DNA of 64,000 bases from Eledone cirrhosa (taxonomy: Eukaryota), in assembly GCA_964016885.1 (NCBI GenBank), contig OZ024742.1, forward strand, positions 240,932,001-240,996,000, read 5' to 3'. The position numbers were made by a program, and so were the translations under genes. How positions within the stretch are numbered: the first letter of the stretch is position 1; each line of letters starts with the position of its first letter. The notes below the pieces were generated by a model. The model made no database searches. It saw only the letters and a list, made by a program, of their open reading frames with translations, and had not been told where the DNA came from. This document shows, piece after piece, positions 1 through 14,369 of this stretch.

Positions 1-796
1 AAGTAGATTGGATGAGTAATAATTAGCAATATCCAATTGAATAAACTTATTATTATAGTTATATTTAATTTCCTTAAACCATTCGATAACTTCATTAGTT
101 ACTTTCCATAATTTTAAATAAGAAAATTCCTTAATTTGTGGTATTATTCTGTCTAAAATATTCTTGCTAAGTATGCCAAGGTCCGATTTAGATGGTGCAA
201 TTAATCTGACTGGTAATTCAGTTTCAAAGTTCCTTTTATGGTCCTTCATATTAATTTTAGGTTTCCTTGGCATGAAGGGTTGTGTGCTATTTTCAATGCC
301 TAATTCAGGCATTATATAAGAGGCATCTGTATTCAATTTTTCAAGGTCGTCATAAGTTGTTATTTTATATTTCTTCCTTAATTCTTTTAATATAAGATCG
401 TTATAGATGTCCTTTTGTATTCCGTAAATATTATTGGTTTTGTCTGACTTGACTAGAGTCTTTTCCGTTTTCTCCAATTTTTCAATATTGTTTTTGATAT
501 TTCTTAGGTAATCCTGGCCTTTGAAGTTGTTTTTGAATTTGATGCTTTGGATAATAGATATGATTACACTTTCAAAATCCATTAGTAGTTTGTTGGGGGG
601 GTGGATTTTTTTTAGATTTGATGATTTTATCAAGATTGGAAACATTCTCATTTACATCAGATTTATCGAAGTGGAAAGCACGCCACCTGATTCTTCTTAT
701 AAAAGAGTCTGATTTTTCTATTTATTGTTTAATAAAGTCTTTATTCCTAGGTAAAGGTATGTCCTTTAGAGAAGAAGAGATCTTAAAGAATTCCAT
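1..796 (-). pseudogene. Penelope-like element (tentatively Nematis-type) ORF, N-terminus and start of RT, degraded; runs off the window
   Basis: Manual translation from ATG at 796: MEFFKISSSLKDIPLP..*IEKSDSFIRRIRWRAFHF. Further on, LPVRLIAPSKSDLGILSKNILDR and FIQLDIANYYS closely match the RT at 34513-35178. In-frame stop present. Confidence 0.8.
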
Positions 797-979
797 TTTT
801 CAGTTATAATATAAAGCGCACGACAATAAAGGAGAAGAATATATGTAGAAGTTCTATTTAAATTGTTGGGATAAAAACAAGCAAATATTTTTATAACTGA
901 TATAAAGCACTCAACAAATTATTGGAGTAAAAATACGATATATTAACAAATGGAAACTATATTTATAAAACCATATTTA

Positions 980-1040
980 TTTCATTATACATATTTCAAG
1001 GACACCAAGTTAAATTATGGTGTGCTTTCATCAGATAAAA
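980..1040 (-). ncRNA. Type I hammerhead ribozyme in pLTR (mirror copy 3484-3544 +, core mutated to CTGATGG)
   Basis: Minus strand reads ttttat CTGATGA aag-cacacca..tggtgt-c-ctt GAAAT ATGT ATA atgaaa, with stems I, II and III present. Confidence 0.75.
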
Positions 1041-2122
1041 TATAATATAGATCAATTTTATAAATAAATATTGACATACCCTTAAAGAATGCGACCATTT
1101 CTGTTGGAAGCTCCCGGATAGTGGGGTTATAAATTTATTTATACTATTATGCAATTTAGTGTCGGATATTTTTAAATCACAGTAGATTTAAAATAAGCCG
1201 ATGGGGTATGGAGAAAGGGTAAGAGAAAAAAGAAAAAAAGAGAAAAAAACAGCTTTAAGAGGAAAATAAGAAAACAAGAAAAAGAGAAAGAGAAGAAAAA
1301 AGAAAAGAGAAAAGAGAAAGAGAAAGAGAAAGAGAAAGAGAAAGAGAAAGAGAAAGCCCTAAGTGATAGGTTGTTGTATTAGCATAACTTTTAAGATGAA
1401 GTGAAAAAATAAATATTTTTTGGGGATGAGTAAAGTAAATAAGTAAATAAGCGTGAATGGAAAATACTCGTGAATGGAAAATGAATTTTAACCAGTGTTT
1501 AAATATGATTAAATGTTTAGTTTCTCAATTAAATTATCCATCAAATTATTGAGATCTATATATTATTAAAAAATCTATATATTATTAAAACCCATATATT
1601 ATTAAAAGAATATATTCATATATATACGTACGCACACATATATACATATACATATAAATATATATATACATACCTACACATACCATACACATAGATAAAG
1701 GACTTTTTATGTATAAGATATAGGAATTTTCTTAAACTTATTGATATTTCTGAGAAACCAGAGAAAAAAAAACAGAGAAAAAACCCGGAGAAAAAACATT
1801 TCCATGTAATAGCAAAACAGCGTGAAGGAAATTAAGTTATTTCCTTATATTAAAAATTATAAATGTCAAGATAACAAAGGAAATTTAAGATTATAGAAAC
1901 CTTATGTTATAATACAAACCTTATATTATAAATTTTATATTTACTAAATCCACTTGTTACGTAGTTGTGACTGTTATTATATAAGTTTGTTTATCACGAA
2001 CCTTAAGGAAACCCTTATAATCTAGTGCATTTGAATTGTATGCATATATATATATATATATATACACACAACTCCCACATGTATACAAATAGACATAGAT
2101 ACACATACAGGTAGATATGCAT

Positions 2123-2177
<55 letters not shown>

Positions 2178-2644
2178 GGAGAGAGAGGGAGAGAGGGAGA
2201 GAGAGATAAATGTACAGTACATAGTATAATTGAAGTACATAATATCTAAAAAATAAATATGAATTATATTATGATTTGGAAATATATTCTTACAATTACA
2301 AGCAATATAACTTTAAAGCAATATAATTAAAAAAAATTACAGAATATTTTAAGATATAATTTTAAAATAAGAATATGTCTAAAAATATTCAGTATAAAAT
2401 TTAAATTTTTTTACAATATTTAACTCTCAGTATGTTTAACTTAATTTTATAACTATATGGGAAATTTTCAAAGAAAAAGAAAGAGAAACTTTCAAAAATA
2501 GGAGAAACCTTTCAAAGAAAATATTTTCCCGTTTTAAGAGCTTTCTAGGAACATTTTTTTTAATATTTGAGAGTTTAAGCAGTCAAATGAAGGAATCTAA
2601 TGATTTATCGATAGGTTCAATATATTAATAGAATTAATTATATA

Positions 2645-2950
2645 TTACATTTTAAATTTATATTTAAACGTTGAGTTCAATCTATGTCTGCAGCAACTGA
2701 ATAGATGGCTTCTTACATTTAGGGAATTTTTGCTTTTTAATATAAAGAATATTTCCTCTATACAAAGATCACAATTTTCTGAAGAGGAATTAAAAGGAGT
2801 AGCTTATGAGTAGATTATGAAATAATATTCCAAAGTAACAAATATTTAACGTTCTTTAATTTGAGGTCCCATAATAAGCTAGATAGAGAAGTTGAAGATT
2901 TTTTGTTTAAATGCGTAAAAGAGCTTTTATGGTTATTAAAACGAGATTTT
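2645..2950 (-). pseudogene. GIY-YIG C-terminal fragment of the same PLE family
   Basis: Nucleotide similarity to 33537-33830 (FNSSSE.CDLC.EEIFFILKSKNSL..FSCC.HRLNSTFKYKFKM*). Confidence 0.75.
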
Positions 2951-3682
2951 TTAATAATATATAGATCTCAACTTTTAATGTATAGATCTCAATAATTTGA
3001 TGGATAATTTAATTGATAAACTAAACATTTAATCATATTTAAACACTGGTTAAAATTCATTTTCCATTCACGAGTATTTTCCATTCACGCTTATTTACTT
3101 ATTTACTTTACTCATCCCCAAAAAATATTTATTTTTTCACTTCATCTTAAAAGTTATGCTAATACAACAACCTATCACTTAGGGCTTTCTCTTTCTCTTT
3201 CTCTCTTCTCTTTTCTTTTTTCTTCTCTTTCTCTCTTTCTCTTTTTCTCGTTTTCTTATTTTCCTCTTAAAGCTATTTTTTTCTATTTTTTCTTTTTTCT
3301 CTTTCCATTTCTCCATACCCCAACGGCTTATTTTAAATCTACTGTGATTTAAAAATATCCGACACTAATTTGCATAATAGTATAAATAAATTTATAACCC
3401 CACTATCCGGGAGCTTCCAACAGAAATGGTCGCATTCTTTAAGGGTACGTCAATATTTATTTATAAAACTGATCTATATTATATTTTATCTGATGGAAGC
3501 ACACCATAATTTAACTTGGTGTCCTTGAAATATGTATAATGAAATAAATATGGTTTTATAAATATAGTTTCCATTTGTTAATATATCGTATATATATATC
3601 GTATATATATGTATATATATATATATATATATACGATATATATACGATATATATATATGTTAATATATCGTATATATATATC

Positions 3683-3817
<135 letters not shown>

Positions 3818-3827
3818 TATACACACT

Positions 3828-4345
3828 TAAACGGAAAAAATGAAACGATATTTCATTTCCCACTCTTAGTACGGCTGTTACTTAAATATAAGTATGTACA
3901 CGTACATACATATATGTATACCGACGTATATGTATAACGGCTGAGTTTTCGGTGCACCCGGCCGTTTAACCCACTCGATATGAAAATTGGGCTACTCAGC
4001 CGTTAATATGCATAAGGTAAGTATATACGTTCAACAATCTGGCAGGAAGGTATACGTTGCTGACGATAGCTAACAAGCTTGAAACTAGTACAGCGTTCCT
4101 TTGTCAGTGGTGAACAAACGAGCAACGATGGTTGCTAGACACGACGGCTTAATACGGGATGTTTGTTTACAAACACACCGAGCATTATAATAAATGTTCG
4201 GTGAATCCATACGTACATATATATATGTATGTATGTATGTATATATATATATACATACTACTGTACGTCGGTATACATATATGTATGTACGTGTACATAC
4301 TTATATTTAAGTAACAGCTGTACTAAGAGCGGGAAATGAAATATC
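3828..4345. mobile_element. HHR-bearing fold-back repeat family A (other copies ~4811-4890, 10340-10845, 10800-11840, 20226-20830)
   Basis: Terminal inverted arms aaacggaaaaaatgaaacgatatttcatttcccactcttagtacggctgttacttaaatataagtatg, bounded by (TA)n, with an internal HHR. Confidence 0.7.
4055..4095 (+). ncRNA. Minimal hammerhead ribozyme, family A
   Basis: cgttg CTGACGA t-agct aaca agct-t GAAAC TA GTA cagcg: intact core, palindromic stem III (ACTAGT), GUA site. Confidence 0.85.
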
Positions 4346-4359
4346 GTTTCATTTCTTCC

Positions 4360-4470
<111 letters not shown>

Positions 4471-4609
4471 ATTAAGTTAAAGATGTACATCCATATATGT
4501 ATACTGAAATACTAGTATGTATATGAATACACACACGTATACATATGTAGATGTACCAAGTTTTTTCATATATATATATACATATATATATATACATATA
4601 TATATATAC

Positions 4610-4815
<206 letters not shown>

Positions 4816-4888
4816 GGAAGAAATGAAACGATATTTCATTTCCCACTCTTAGTACGGCTGTTACTTAAATATAAGTATGTACACGTAT

Positions 4889-4973
<85 letters not shown>

Positions 4974-4983
4974 AATATATATA

Positions 4984-5139
<156 letters not shown>

Positions 5140-5184
5140 CATATATGTCGTTCCTGGGACGTTTAGCCCTAGGAAGGGAAAATG

Positions 5185-5264
5185 CTTCTCTGATGAGCTT
5201 TGGTTTTCCATCATAAATCCATCGGATTTATGAGGTTTTACAAAGCGAAACTGATCAGTAAGGG
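5185..5264 (+). ncRNA. Hammerhead ribozyme with long stem II
   Basis: cttct CTGATGA gctttg..tcataaatcc atc ggatttatga..caaagc GAAAC TGATCA GTA aggg. Confidence 0.8.
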
Positions 5265-5345
5265 CCACTAGAAGAGGTAAATATTTATATTATATTTTTT
5301 AATGTATTTTGAAAAATTGATTGAATTTTACTTGTTCTGCTTATC

Positions 5346-5383
<38 letters not shown>

Positions 5384-5390
5384 TATATAC

Positions 5391-5576
<186 letters not shown>

Positions 5577-5733
5577 TGGAATAAATGCTCTGAAATAGCG
5601 ATATATATGTGAATATAGACATAGAATATTCGAAAATATTCTGTATGTTTATAATAAACATTTTGAAGACCTAATCGCTATAGAATAGGATACGTCACGT
5701 ATTACAATTAGATTCTCGATAAAAGCAAGGGAA

Positions 5734-5776
5734 GTAATCTACGCGTTTCATTCTTATTAGAAATCTTCAGGACTAC
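5734..5776 (-). ncRNA. Minimal hammerhead ribozyme
   Basis: gtagtc CTGAAGA tttc taataa gaat GAAAC GC GTA gattac, enclosed by a 16-bp inverted repeat (5712-5727 / ~5785-5800). Confidence 0.85.
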
Positions 5777-5933
5777 ATATCCAGTGCTTTTATCGAGAAT
5801 GACACAGCTAGAGACTTATAGAATACTTAGCTGTGTACAGGAACTATATACACATATATATATATACACATATATATATATATACATATATATATATACA
5901 TATATATACATATATATATATATACATATATAC

Positions 5934-6068
<135 letters not shown>

Positions 6069-6089
6069 GGGTAATGGTCTGTAACGGTT

Positions 6090-6275
6090 TGATTGGCAGT
6101 ATCGGTAGAGGGTCCAATGCCATGCTTTGCAGCGTAGAACTAGGCCTCTTTACGGTCTTAGTTCATATCTCGCCGAGGTTAACTTTGCCTTTCATCCTTA
6201 CGGGGTAGATAAAATAAAGCACCAGTAATGCACTGGGATAATTGCTGGGCTTGTGCCAAAAGTAGAAACAATTAT
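6090..6275 (+). mobile_element. tRNA-derived SINE (MetaSINE/MESC-like core)
   Basis: A-box-like tggcagtatcggtag, B-box-like gttca.atc, core gcctttcatccttacgggg.gataaaataaag, tail ttgtgccaaaagtagaaacaatt. Confidence 0.8.
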
Positions 6276-7360
6276 ATATATATATATATATAAGAAATAT
6301 ATTAAGAAATGAATAGACATGATGTAAAGGAGGTGATAGATTTTAACCACTAGCTATATTATTATAGAATTGGCTTTCTGCATGAGTAGGAGAGAAAATT
6401 ACAAAAGCGAAAGCTGACAAAAGAATTCACCACCAAAATGTATATATAGATAAGTAAATTTTCTCTCCAGTTTTGAAACTAGAACAATTGTATAACACAT
6501 TCAACTAACTATTGACTTTATTCCTTGAGCAATTAATCATCTCCCGCCTTCTTTTAGAGGAAATACTTTTAAAACAATATAAAATCGAACGAACAATAAA
6601 GAAGAATGCTGTTAATTAAAATGATAACAACAGTAGCGCCAAAAACATTAATCAGAGAGTTTTGATTAAAACAAATCAGAAAAAAAGAAAATACAAGAAT
6701 AAAAATTTCTAATCGCATTTCTAATGATATAGTTTGAATTGATTTTACCTTTTTGTTACACACGTTTAAAAAAAGACATTACAAAAACAAACAAAACACA
6801 CACATACAGTAAAGAAAAAAAGAATTACATTTTTGGGAATAGATATGATTTAGAAATGTCATTGAAGTGTAGTTTAGATTACTTCGGTTTTTAATAGGAA
6901 AAGGTGTCTTACCAAGTCGTCGTATCAATAATTATTACAGAATGACAACGTTTATCAGTTCGAATATATAAGAAAAAAATGTTTATTCATGTATTTAACA
7001 GAATGTTATACACATTTATTGTTTGACATATGTATACACACACACACGCTCACCCCCCCACACAAACAAACGCACACACACACACACACACACACACACC
7101 CGCACACACACACACATACACACACGCATTTTTCTGGAATATACAGTGACTGATCGGCCTGATTTGCATATTAGCAGACTGCCTGATCAGCCAGATTTGC
7201 ATATCAGCAGATAGGCTAGTCAGTCTCATGTATACGAGCGATTAATGTCTGGCTTTGCCATAGTCAAATAACTAGTAAATAGTTTTATATATATGATATT
7301 AGTTTTATCGCTCTACATTACTGAATGTAAGAAATATAAATCTGAGTTTTTCGAATATTA

Positions 7361-7468
7361 ATTATTGTTTCTACTTTTGGCACAAGGTCAGTAATTATCC
7401 CAGTGCGTGACTGGTACTTTATTTTATCAACCCCGTAAGGATGAAAGGCAAAGTTTACCTCGGCGGGA
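7361..7468 (-). mobile_element. SINE, 5'-truncated
   Basis: Reverse complement of the SINE core and tail. Confidence 0.75.
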
Positions 7469-8248
7469 TTATCAATAATACTATTCCATTCGTTTGCAAT
7501 TATGCAAACAGCCTCTGTGAGTAGAATGACCCCATCATTTAGTTCTACAATCATTAGCCCTAAAAAAACTTTTTAAGTCGATACATCTTTACATACTAAA
7601 TCTTTCTATTTTTACTTATTGATATATAGAAACTCTCTAATATATAGAATGTCTTACGGGAATTACCTCTCCTTTATTTTTATTTTCGTCTTAACCATTT
7701 TTTAAGGATAAATGTTTTTAAGTTCCATGCCAAGATGGAGGTTTTTTACGCTTAATGATATATGACTTCGTCTCCTCTATTTAACTATGTAGTACTTTTG
7801 GATGATGTGTCTTGATGACACTTGATCAATATTTGATTTTTTTACTATGATGATTCTACTTAGTCAACATTAACTCTTTTGAACGATTTGTGAAATAATA
7901 ATTATTATTATGACTGAATTATGGTGGCGAACGTTTTTAAATGCATTACTAAAAATATTTTTTGGAGATGTATTTTTAAATTTATATTTGAATTACATGC
8001 CTTCTCTTATTAACTTTATTAATTTTCTTTATTGTTTATGATATATGTTTTTCAGTGTACTTAACTTTTCTGTAGCAACATATTTTATAAATTTTCTCTA
8101 ACAGCATATTTAAGATTTTTTTTTAATTTTTAATTTTTAATGCTCATAATTTTTATTGTATTTATATGCTCCTATTCTTCATATGCTTCTTCCGCCTCTG
8201 TTATCTTCTATAAATGTTGATACTTATACTTATCTAGCCTCCCATATA

Positions 8249-8432
8249 ATTATTTCTACTTTTGGCACAAGGCCAGCAATTACCCAGTGCATTACTGATA
8301 CTTTATTTTATCGACTCCATAAGGATGAAAGGCAAAGTTAACCTCGGCAGGATTTGAACTGAGAAAGGCAAGGGCCGTAACTCTATGCGTCAAAGCATAG
8401 CGTCCGACCCTCTACCGATACTGCCAATCCAC
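8249..8432 (-). mobile_element. SINE with target-site duplication cctcccatataat
   Basis: Full SINE consensus; the direct repeat is present on both flanks. Confidence 0.85.
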
Positions 8433-8673
8433 CTCCCATATAATGTATCCTCCTAATGTTCTTGTGACAAAGTTCTGATATTATATTTGTGTTTGACCTT
8501 TATTATCTACTGCGATGAACCCGGCCTTGTGGTAGGATGAAACGATCGTAAGTGATTAAATGTTTTAAACACTCTTTGATTGTCAGTTACATTGAACTAT
8601 TTTCATACGTATAATTAGGTAACATTTATTGTTACTCACATTATATATAGCTATAATTATATATTTATACACA

Positions 8674-8796
<123 letters not shown>

Positions 8797-8877
8797 GTAT
8801 GACCAGGGAACAGCTTTTCTTTCAAACATGTTAAATTATAACATGAGTATATAAGTGTGACTGCGTTCTTGTGTTTG

Positions 8878-9006
<129 letters not shown>

Positions 9007-9749
9007 CTCTCTCTCTTGCCCTCTTTTACACACATTTTTTATATGTATCGTTTTTGTAAGTTTCTAATTTAACTTCAATTTCGGAAGCAATCTGTGAAAC
9101 CAGATTTCGAAGTATTACTCTTGGTGCTTTCACCATTATTTCTATTGAATCTTATTCATTTCAAGTCCGTCTATGACGAGCAATCAATTATTGTCTCGTC
9201 TATTATCCTTCACTTTGAGTCATTCTCCATTATTTGACACCACATCCTCTATAGACTATTCTCCATCTATGCAAACTGTTCGTCGTGTCTCATTCATTAT
9301 AGCAACATTGCGAAATACATTGTCATAAAAATAAAATATCTTATACACAAACATAAACAATAAACCAAGGATTAATAAGTAAACTAAAAACAGAAGATAT
9401 GATTAAATAGAATTACACGGAAAAATAAATTAAAGGAAAATTACAATAAGAGCAGCAACAACATAAGTACTCGTAACTTCTCTACAAAAAAAAAAAAAAA
9501 AAAAAAAAGGAATGATCGTCTCCTCGTCTCCGGTGTATTCGTATTCTCAATTTTCTCTCTCTGGTACAATATTGTCTAAAACACCCTTAACGGATTTCAA
9601 TTTCCAACAATATTCTTCCATATTAGAAATGGTGGAATAGTTGTGTTATAATTCAAATGAAATAAGGTTTTGTTTTCATTTGCTGCTATTTGTTACAATA
9701 TAGTGGTGTGGAAGTATATATTTACACAGGCACATAAACATAATTACAT

Positions 9750-9791
<42 letters not shown>

Positions 9792-9850
9792 ACACACACA
9801 CCCACACACACGCGCACACACACGCACACACACACACATACACACACACA

Positions 9851-10010
<160 letters not shown>

Positions 10011-10310
10011 CGCACACACACAATACATAATATATATGCTTACATTCAGATGTACTAACTCGGTTTTTGTTAGCGGCAAATGTTCGCAACAATGTATTTT
10101 ATCCATATTTGGTAGTTCGGAAAGGAAATTTCTCATAAACATCATGCAGAGACGCGCGCATTCATTCTCCCTCTGTTTCCTCCTCCACACACACACATGC
10201 ACGCACGCACACACACACACACACACACACATACACACACACACACATACACACACACACACACACATACACGCATTCATACATACACACACACATACAC
10301 GCACACACAC

Positions 10311-10346
<36 letters not shown>

Positions 10347-10538
10347 GGAAAAAATGAAACGAAATTTTATTTCTCACACTTAGTACGGCTGTTACTTAAA
10401 TATAAGTATGTATACGTACATACATATATGTATACAGACATACAGTAGTATGTATATATATATACATACATGCACACATATATATATGTACGTATGGATT
10501 TACCGAACATTTATTATAATGCTTGGTGTGTTTGTACA

Positions 10539-11215
10539 CTGACGATAGCTAATAAGCTTGAAACTAGTACAGCGTTCCTTTGTCAGTGTTGAACAAAAGA
10601 GCAACGATGGTTGCTAAACACTGTACGGCTTAATTCGGGATGTTTGTTTACAAATACACCGAGCATTATAATAAATGTTCGGTAAATCCATACGTACATA
10701 TATATATGTGTGTATGTATGTATATATATATACATACTACTGTATGTCTGTATACATATATGTATGTACGTATACATATTTATATTTAACTAACAGCCGT
10801 ACTAAGAGTGAGAAATGAAATTTCGTTTCATTTTTCCGTTTATCGTTTTCGGTGGCCCGGGCCGATTAACTCACTCAATATGCAAATTCGGCTGCTCAGC
10901 CGTTAATATGCATAAGGAAAGTGTATACTTTCAGACGTTCAATCACCTGGCAGGAAGGTATACGTTGCTGACGATAGCTAATAAGCTTGAAACTATTACA
11001 GCGTTCCTTTGTCAGTGTTGAACAAAGGAGCAACGATGGTTGCTAAACAGTGTACGGCTTAATACGGGATGTTTGTTTACAAACACACCGAGCATTATAA
11101 TAAATGTTCGGTAAATCCATACGTACATATATATATATATGTGTGCATGTATGTATATATATATACATACTACTGTCTGTATGTCTGTATACATAAATGT
11201 ATGTACGTATACATA

Positions 11216-11290
<75 letters not shown>

Positions 11291-11599
11291 GGAAAAAATG
11301 AAACGAAATTTCATTTCTCACTCTTAGTACGGCTGTTACTTAAATATAAGTATGCATACGTACATACATATATGTATATGAACGTACAGTAGTATGTATA
11401 TATATATATATATATACATATATACACACATATATGTACGTATGGATTTACCGAACATTTATTATAATGCTCGGTGTGTTTGCAAACAAACATCCCGAAT
11501 TAAGCCGCACAGTGTTTACCAACCATCGTTGCCCCTTTGTTCAACACTGACAAAGGAACGTTGTACTAGTTTCAAGCTTATTAGCTATCGTCAGCACCG
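10539..11599. ncRNA. Three family-A hammerheads: 10539-10574 (+), 10963-11003 (+, GUA mutated to UUA), 11559-11599 (-)
   Basis: CTGACGA tagct aata agctt GAAAC TA GTA motif in the direct and inverted repeats of the 10340-11840 array. Confidence 0.8.
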
Positions 11600-11859
11600 T
11601 ATACCTTCATGCCAGATGATTGAACGTCTGAAAGCATATACTTTCCTCATGCATATTAACAGTTGAGCAGCCTAATTTGCATATCGAGTGCGGCTTAATT
11701 CGGGATGTTTGTTTGCAAATACACCGAGCATTATAATAAATGTTCGGTAAATCCATACGTACATATATATGTGTGCATGTATGTATATATACATATACAT
11801 ACTACTGTATGTCTGTATACATATAAGTATGTACGTATACATACTTATATATATATATA

Positions 11860-12466
11860 TGTCAGGTCACCAGTTGGTGCTACTGGTAACATGTATCCCA
11901 GTACAACCTGTCCCATGGTCGGGTCGTTGGCGACTAAACTGGCAACCCCACCAAGGTTTCTTGGTGAGGAGGGTGACTTTGGACATCCTGCAGGACTAAA
12001 AACAAAACCTGTCAAAAGGCAAAGGAGCTCTTAAGAGTCAATGGCCATCCAAAATCACCGGGAGAGATGACCCCTTAGCCTTTGTCAAGGCAGAATTCTA
12101 GGAGAAGGAAAACTCTGATATAACACCTGCAACCCTGATGGTATCCAATGATGTTGACTTGTTCTTCTTTTTGGTAAATATCATCTTGGTTAAGAGAGTG
12201 GGACTGGCTTTGTGCAGTGCCTTTGCTCACTATAAAAGCTTCACGGCACAGGCATTGCTTTATATCTGGAGATCTCTCTGCACTTGTCGTCACATGGTAC
12301 CATGGGCCCAGCACTATGTGTCAGTAATTGTCACAAGTGTAGTGTTTGTACCAGAGTTTTCAAGTCGCTGGCTGGACTAAAAAGTCACACTCGTTCAGCG
12401 CATCGGTAGGGGTTCTCCTACATGGATATAAAGTAGTGGCCGTACTCGAAAACGAGTTGGCAGCCA

Positions 12467-12468
<2 letters not shown>
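11860..12468 (+). mobile_element. Internally deleted RTE-like LINE (5' UTR-like part plus 3' end)
   Basis: 3' part encodes CHKCSVCTRVFKSLAGLKSHTRSAHR* (C2H2 end typical of RTE ORFs). 5' part has ctaggagaaggaaaactctga, recalled as RTE 5'UTR-like. Flanked by (TA)n. Confidence 0.55.
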
Positions 12469-12525
<57 letters not shown>

Positions 12526-12614
12526 GTAGGAGGTGAGTTTTATTGTAGTACAATAAAGCAATGCAGATATCGGATAAGAAGCACTCTACAGGTTGTGGGA
12601 CTGGAGTATAAATA

Positions 12615-12898
12615 ATATAAGATCAAAGGATGGTTAAAAGAGTTCCATGTATTTTATTATGCGCATTTCAAAAACAAATATCATCATGAGATGACATTTG
12701 CGTTTTCGTCACATAAAATAGGGAGACATGATATGAAGGTTAAAAAAGTGCACTATTCACAAGTGTTTTTTAACCTTCATATCATGTCTCCCTATTTTAT
12801 CTGACGAAAACGCAAATGTCATCTCATGATGATATTTGTTTTTGAAATGCGCATAATAAAATACATTGAACTCTTTTAACCATCTTTTGATCTTATAT
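12615..12898. repeat. Fold-back unit with paired hammerheads (12793-12863 +, intact; 12649-12720 -, core GTGACGA)
   Basis: ~133-bp inverted arms. tattttat CTGACGA aaac-gcaaatgtcatc tcat gatgatatttgt-tttt GAAAT GCGC ATA ataaaata. Confidence 0.85.
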
Positions 12899-12902
12899 AT
12901 TT

Positions 12903-12943
<41 letters not shown>

Positions 12944-13287
12944 GACGCCATGGTCGCAAGTTTTGCGATCGATGTACTGTACATCTACCAAAGATTGTAA
13001 ATCTATCATAGATATTAAGCTCTTCTAGCGCGTCACCCTCACCAACCCCTGGGGAAACGCCTTCTCTATGATGTCCGCCGGAGCCGCGGGGCAGCCACCA
13101 CGTGAGCGCCCATTTGCTTATAATAGTGAGAGGTGGGGCGAGCGGGAGAGACGGAGTGAGTGACAGTGGGAGTTTGGTTCCATTGTGTTTGTACCTGGTG
13201 TATATATATATATTTATTTACCACACTACAATATAGACATCGCAGTATTCCCCATCTAAGTTGTAGATATTAAGCACAATCAATAAT

Positions 13288-13473
13288 TGTTTCTACTTTA
13301 GGCACAAGGCCAGCAAATTACCCAGTGCATTACTGGTACTTTATTTTATCGACCCCGTAAGGATGAAAGGCAAAGTGAACCTCGGCGGGATTTGAACTCA
13401 GATCGTAAAGGGACGTAACTATGCTAGAAAGCATGGCGTCCGACATTCTACCGATACTGCCAATCCACCGCCC
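13288..13473 (-). mobile_element. SINE with 18-bp TSD ttaagcacaatcaataat
   Basis: TSD at 13270-13287 and 13474-13491. Confidence 0.9.
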
Positions 13474-13765
13474 TTAAGCACAATCAATAATATTATCAGG
13501 AGTCATAATAGCGAACTAATTCTACCGTCCTTTGATAGCCTTGCCTACTCTACAGTTTGTTGCATCATATGGCAGAAGAGGGATGGCAGGATAATAGAAA
13601 TATCACAAGAAACTTGAGCACAATCACCCCAGTACTCATTCTCTGTGCGATTGTTGCTGAAAAGTATTATGTATAAAATCATAGAAAATTAATTAACCCA
13701 TACTAATATAATTCTGCTCTTGCGGTGTCCTGGTAAAGTTTGGTGGCAATTTTTTTCAAATCTAA

Positions 13766-14369
13766 TAATTGTTTCTACTTTTGGCACAAGGCCAGCAATT
13801 ACGCAGTACATTACTGGTACTTTATTTTATCGACCCCGTAAGGATGAAAGGCAAAGTTAACTTCGGCGGGATTTGAACTCAGAATGGAAAGGGCCGTAAC
13901 TCTATGCGTCAAAGCATGACGTCCGACCCTCTACCGATACTGCCAATCCACCGCCATTCCACCGCCCTTTTTTCAAATCTAATAATTGTTCTACTTTTGG
14001 CACAAGGCCAGCAATTATCCCAGTGTATTACTGGTACTTTATTTTATCGACCCTGTAAGGATGAAAGGCAAAGATAACCTCGGGGGGATTTGAACTCAGT
14101 CCGTAAAGGGACGTAACTGTGCTGCAAAGCATGGCGTCCGACTGCCAATAATGATTTCTAGTATAGGCACAAGACCAATAATTTGGGGAGGAGGGGAAAG
14201 TCGGTTAAATCGACCCCAGTGCGTGACTGGTACTTTATTTTATCGACCCCGTAGGGATGAAAGGCAAAGTTAACCTAGGCGGAATTTGAACTTAGACCGT
14301 AAAGGGCAGTAACTCTATGCTGAAAAGCATGGTGACCGATCCTCTATCGATACTGCGAATCCACCGCCC
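13766..14369 (-). mobile_element. Three tandem SINE copies
   Basis: SINE consensus x3. The target ttttcaaat(c/t)taataat recurs at ~13752, ~13969 and ~14369. Confidence 0.85.

Larger units (their letters stand above)
933..3591. repeat. Inverted pLTR pair (~933-1563 / ~2979-3591) of the PLE at 1-796
   Basis: The arms are reverse complements, e.g. 1521-1560 vs 2981-3020 and 940-1040 vs 3484-3585. Each arm carries an HHR motif. Confidence 0.85.

Noticed and set aside
7150-7215. Short tandem duplication with two ATTTGCAT octamers
   Set aside because: Two copies only, with no supporting context for a regulatory role.
8505-8556. HHR-like motif ctgcgatgaa...GAAACGATCGTA
   Set aside because: The core and stem II are too degenerate to call.
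10340-11840. CRISPR-like or regularly spaced array
   Set aside because: Units are long, irregular and partly inverted retroelement repeats in a eukaryotic context, with no cas genes.
13380-13473. tRNA genes at SINE heads
   Set aside because: A/B boxes are present but there is no cloverleaf; each is fused to a SINE core and tail with TSDs.
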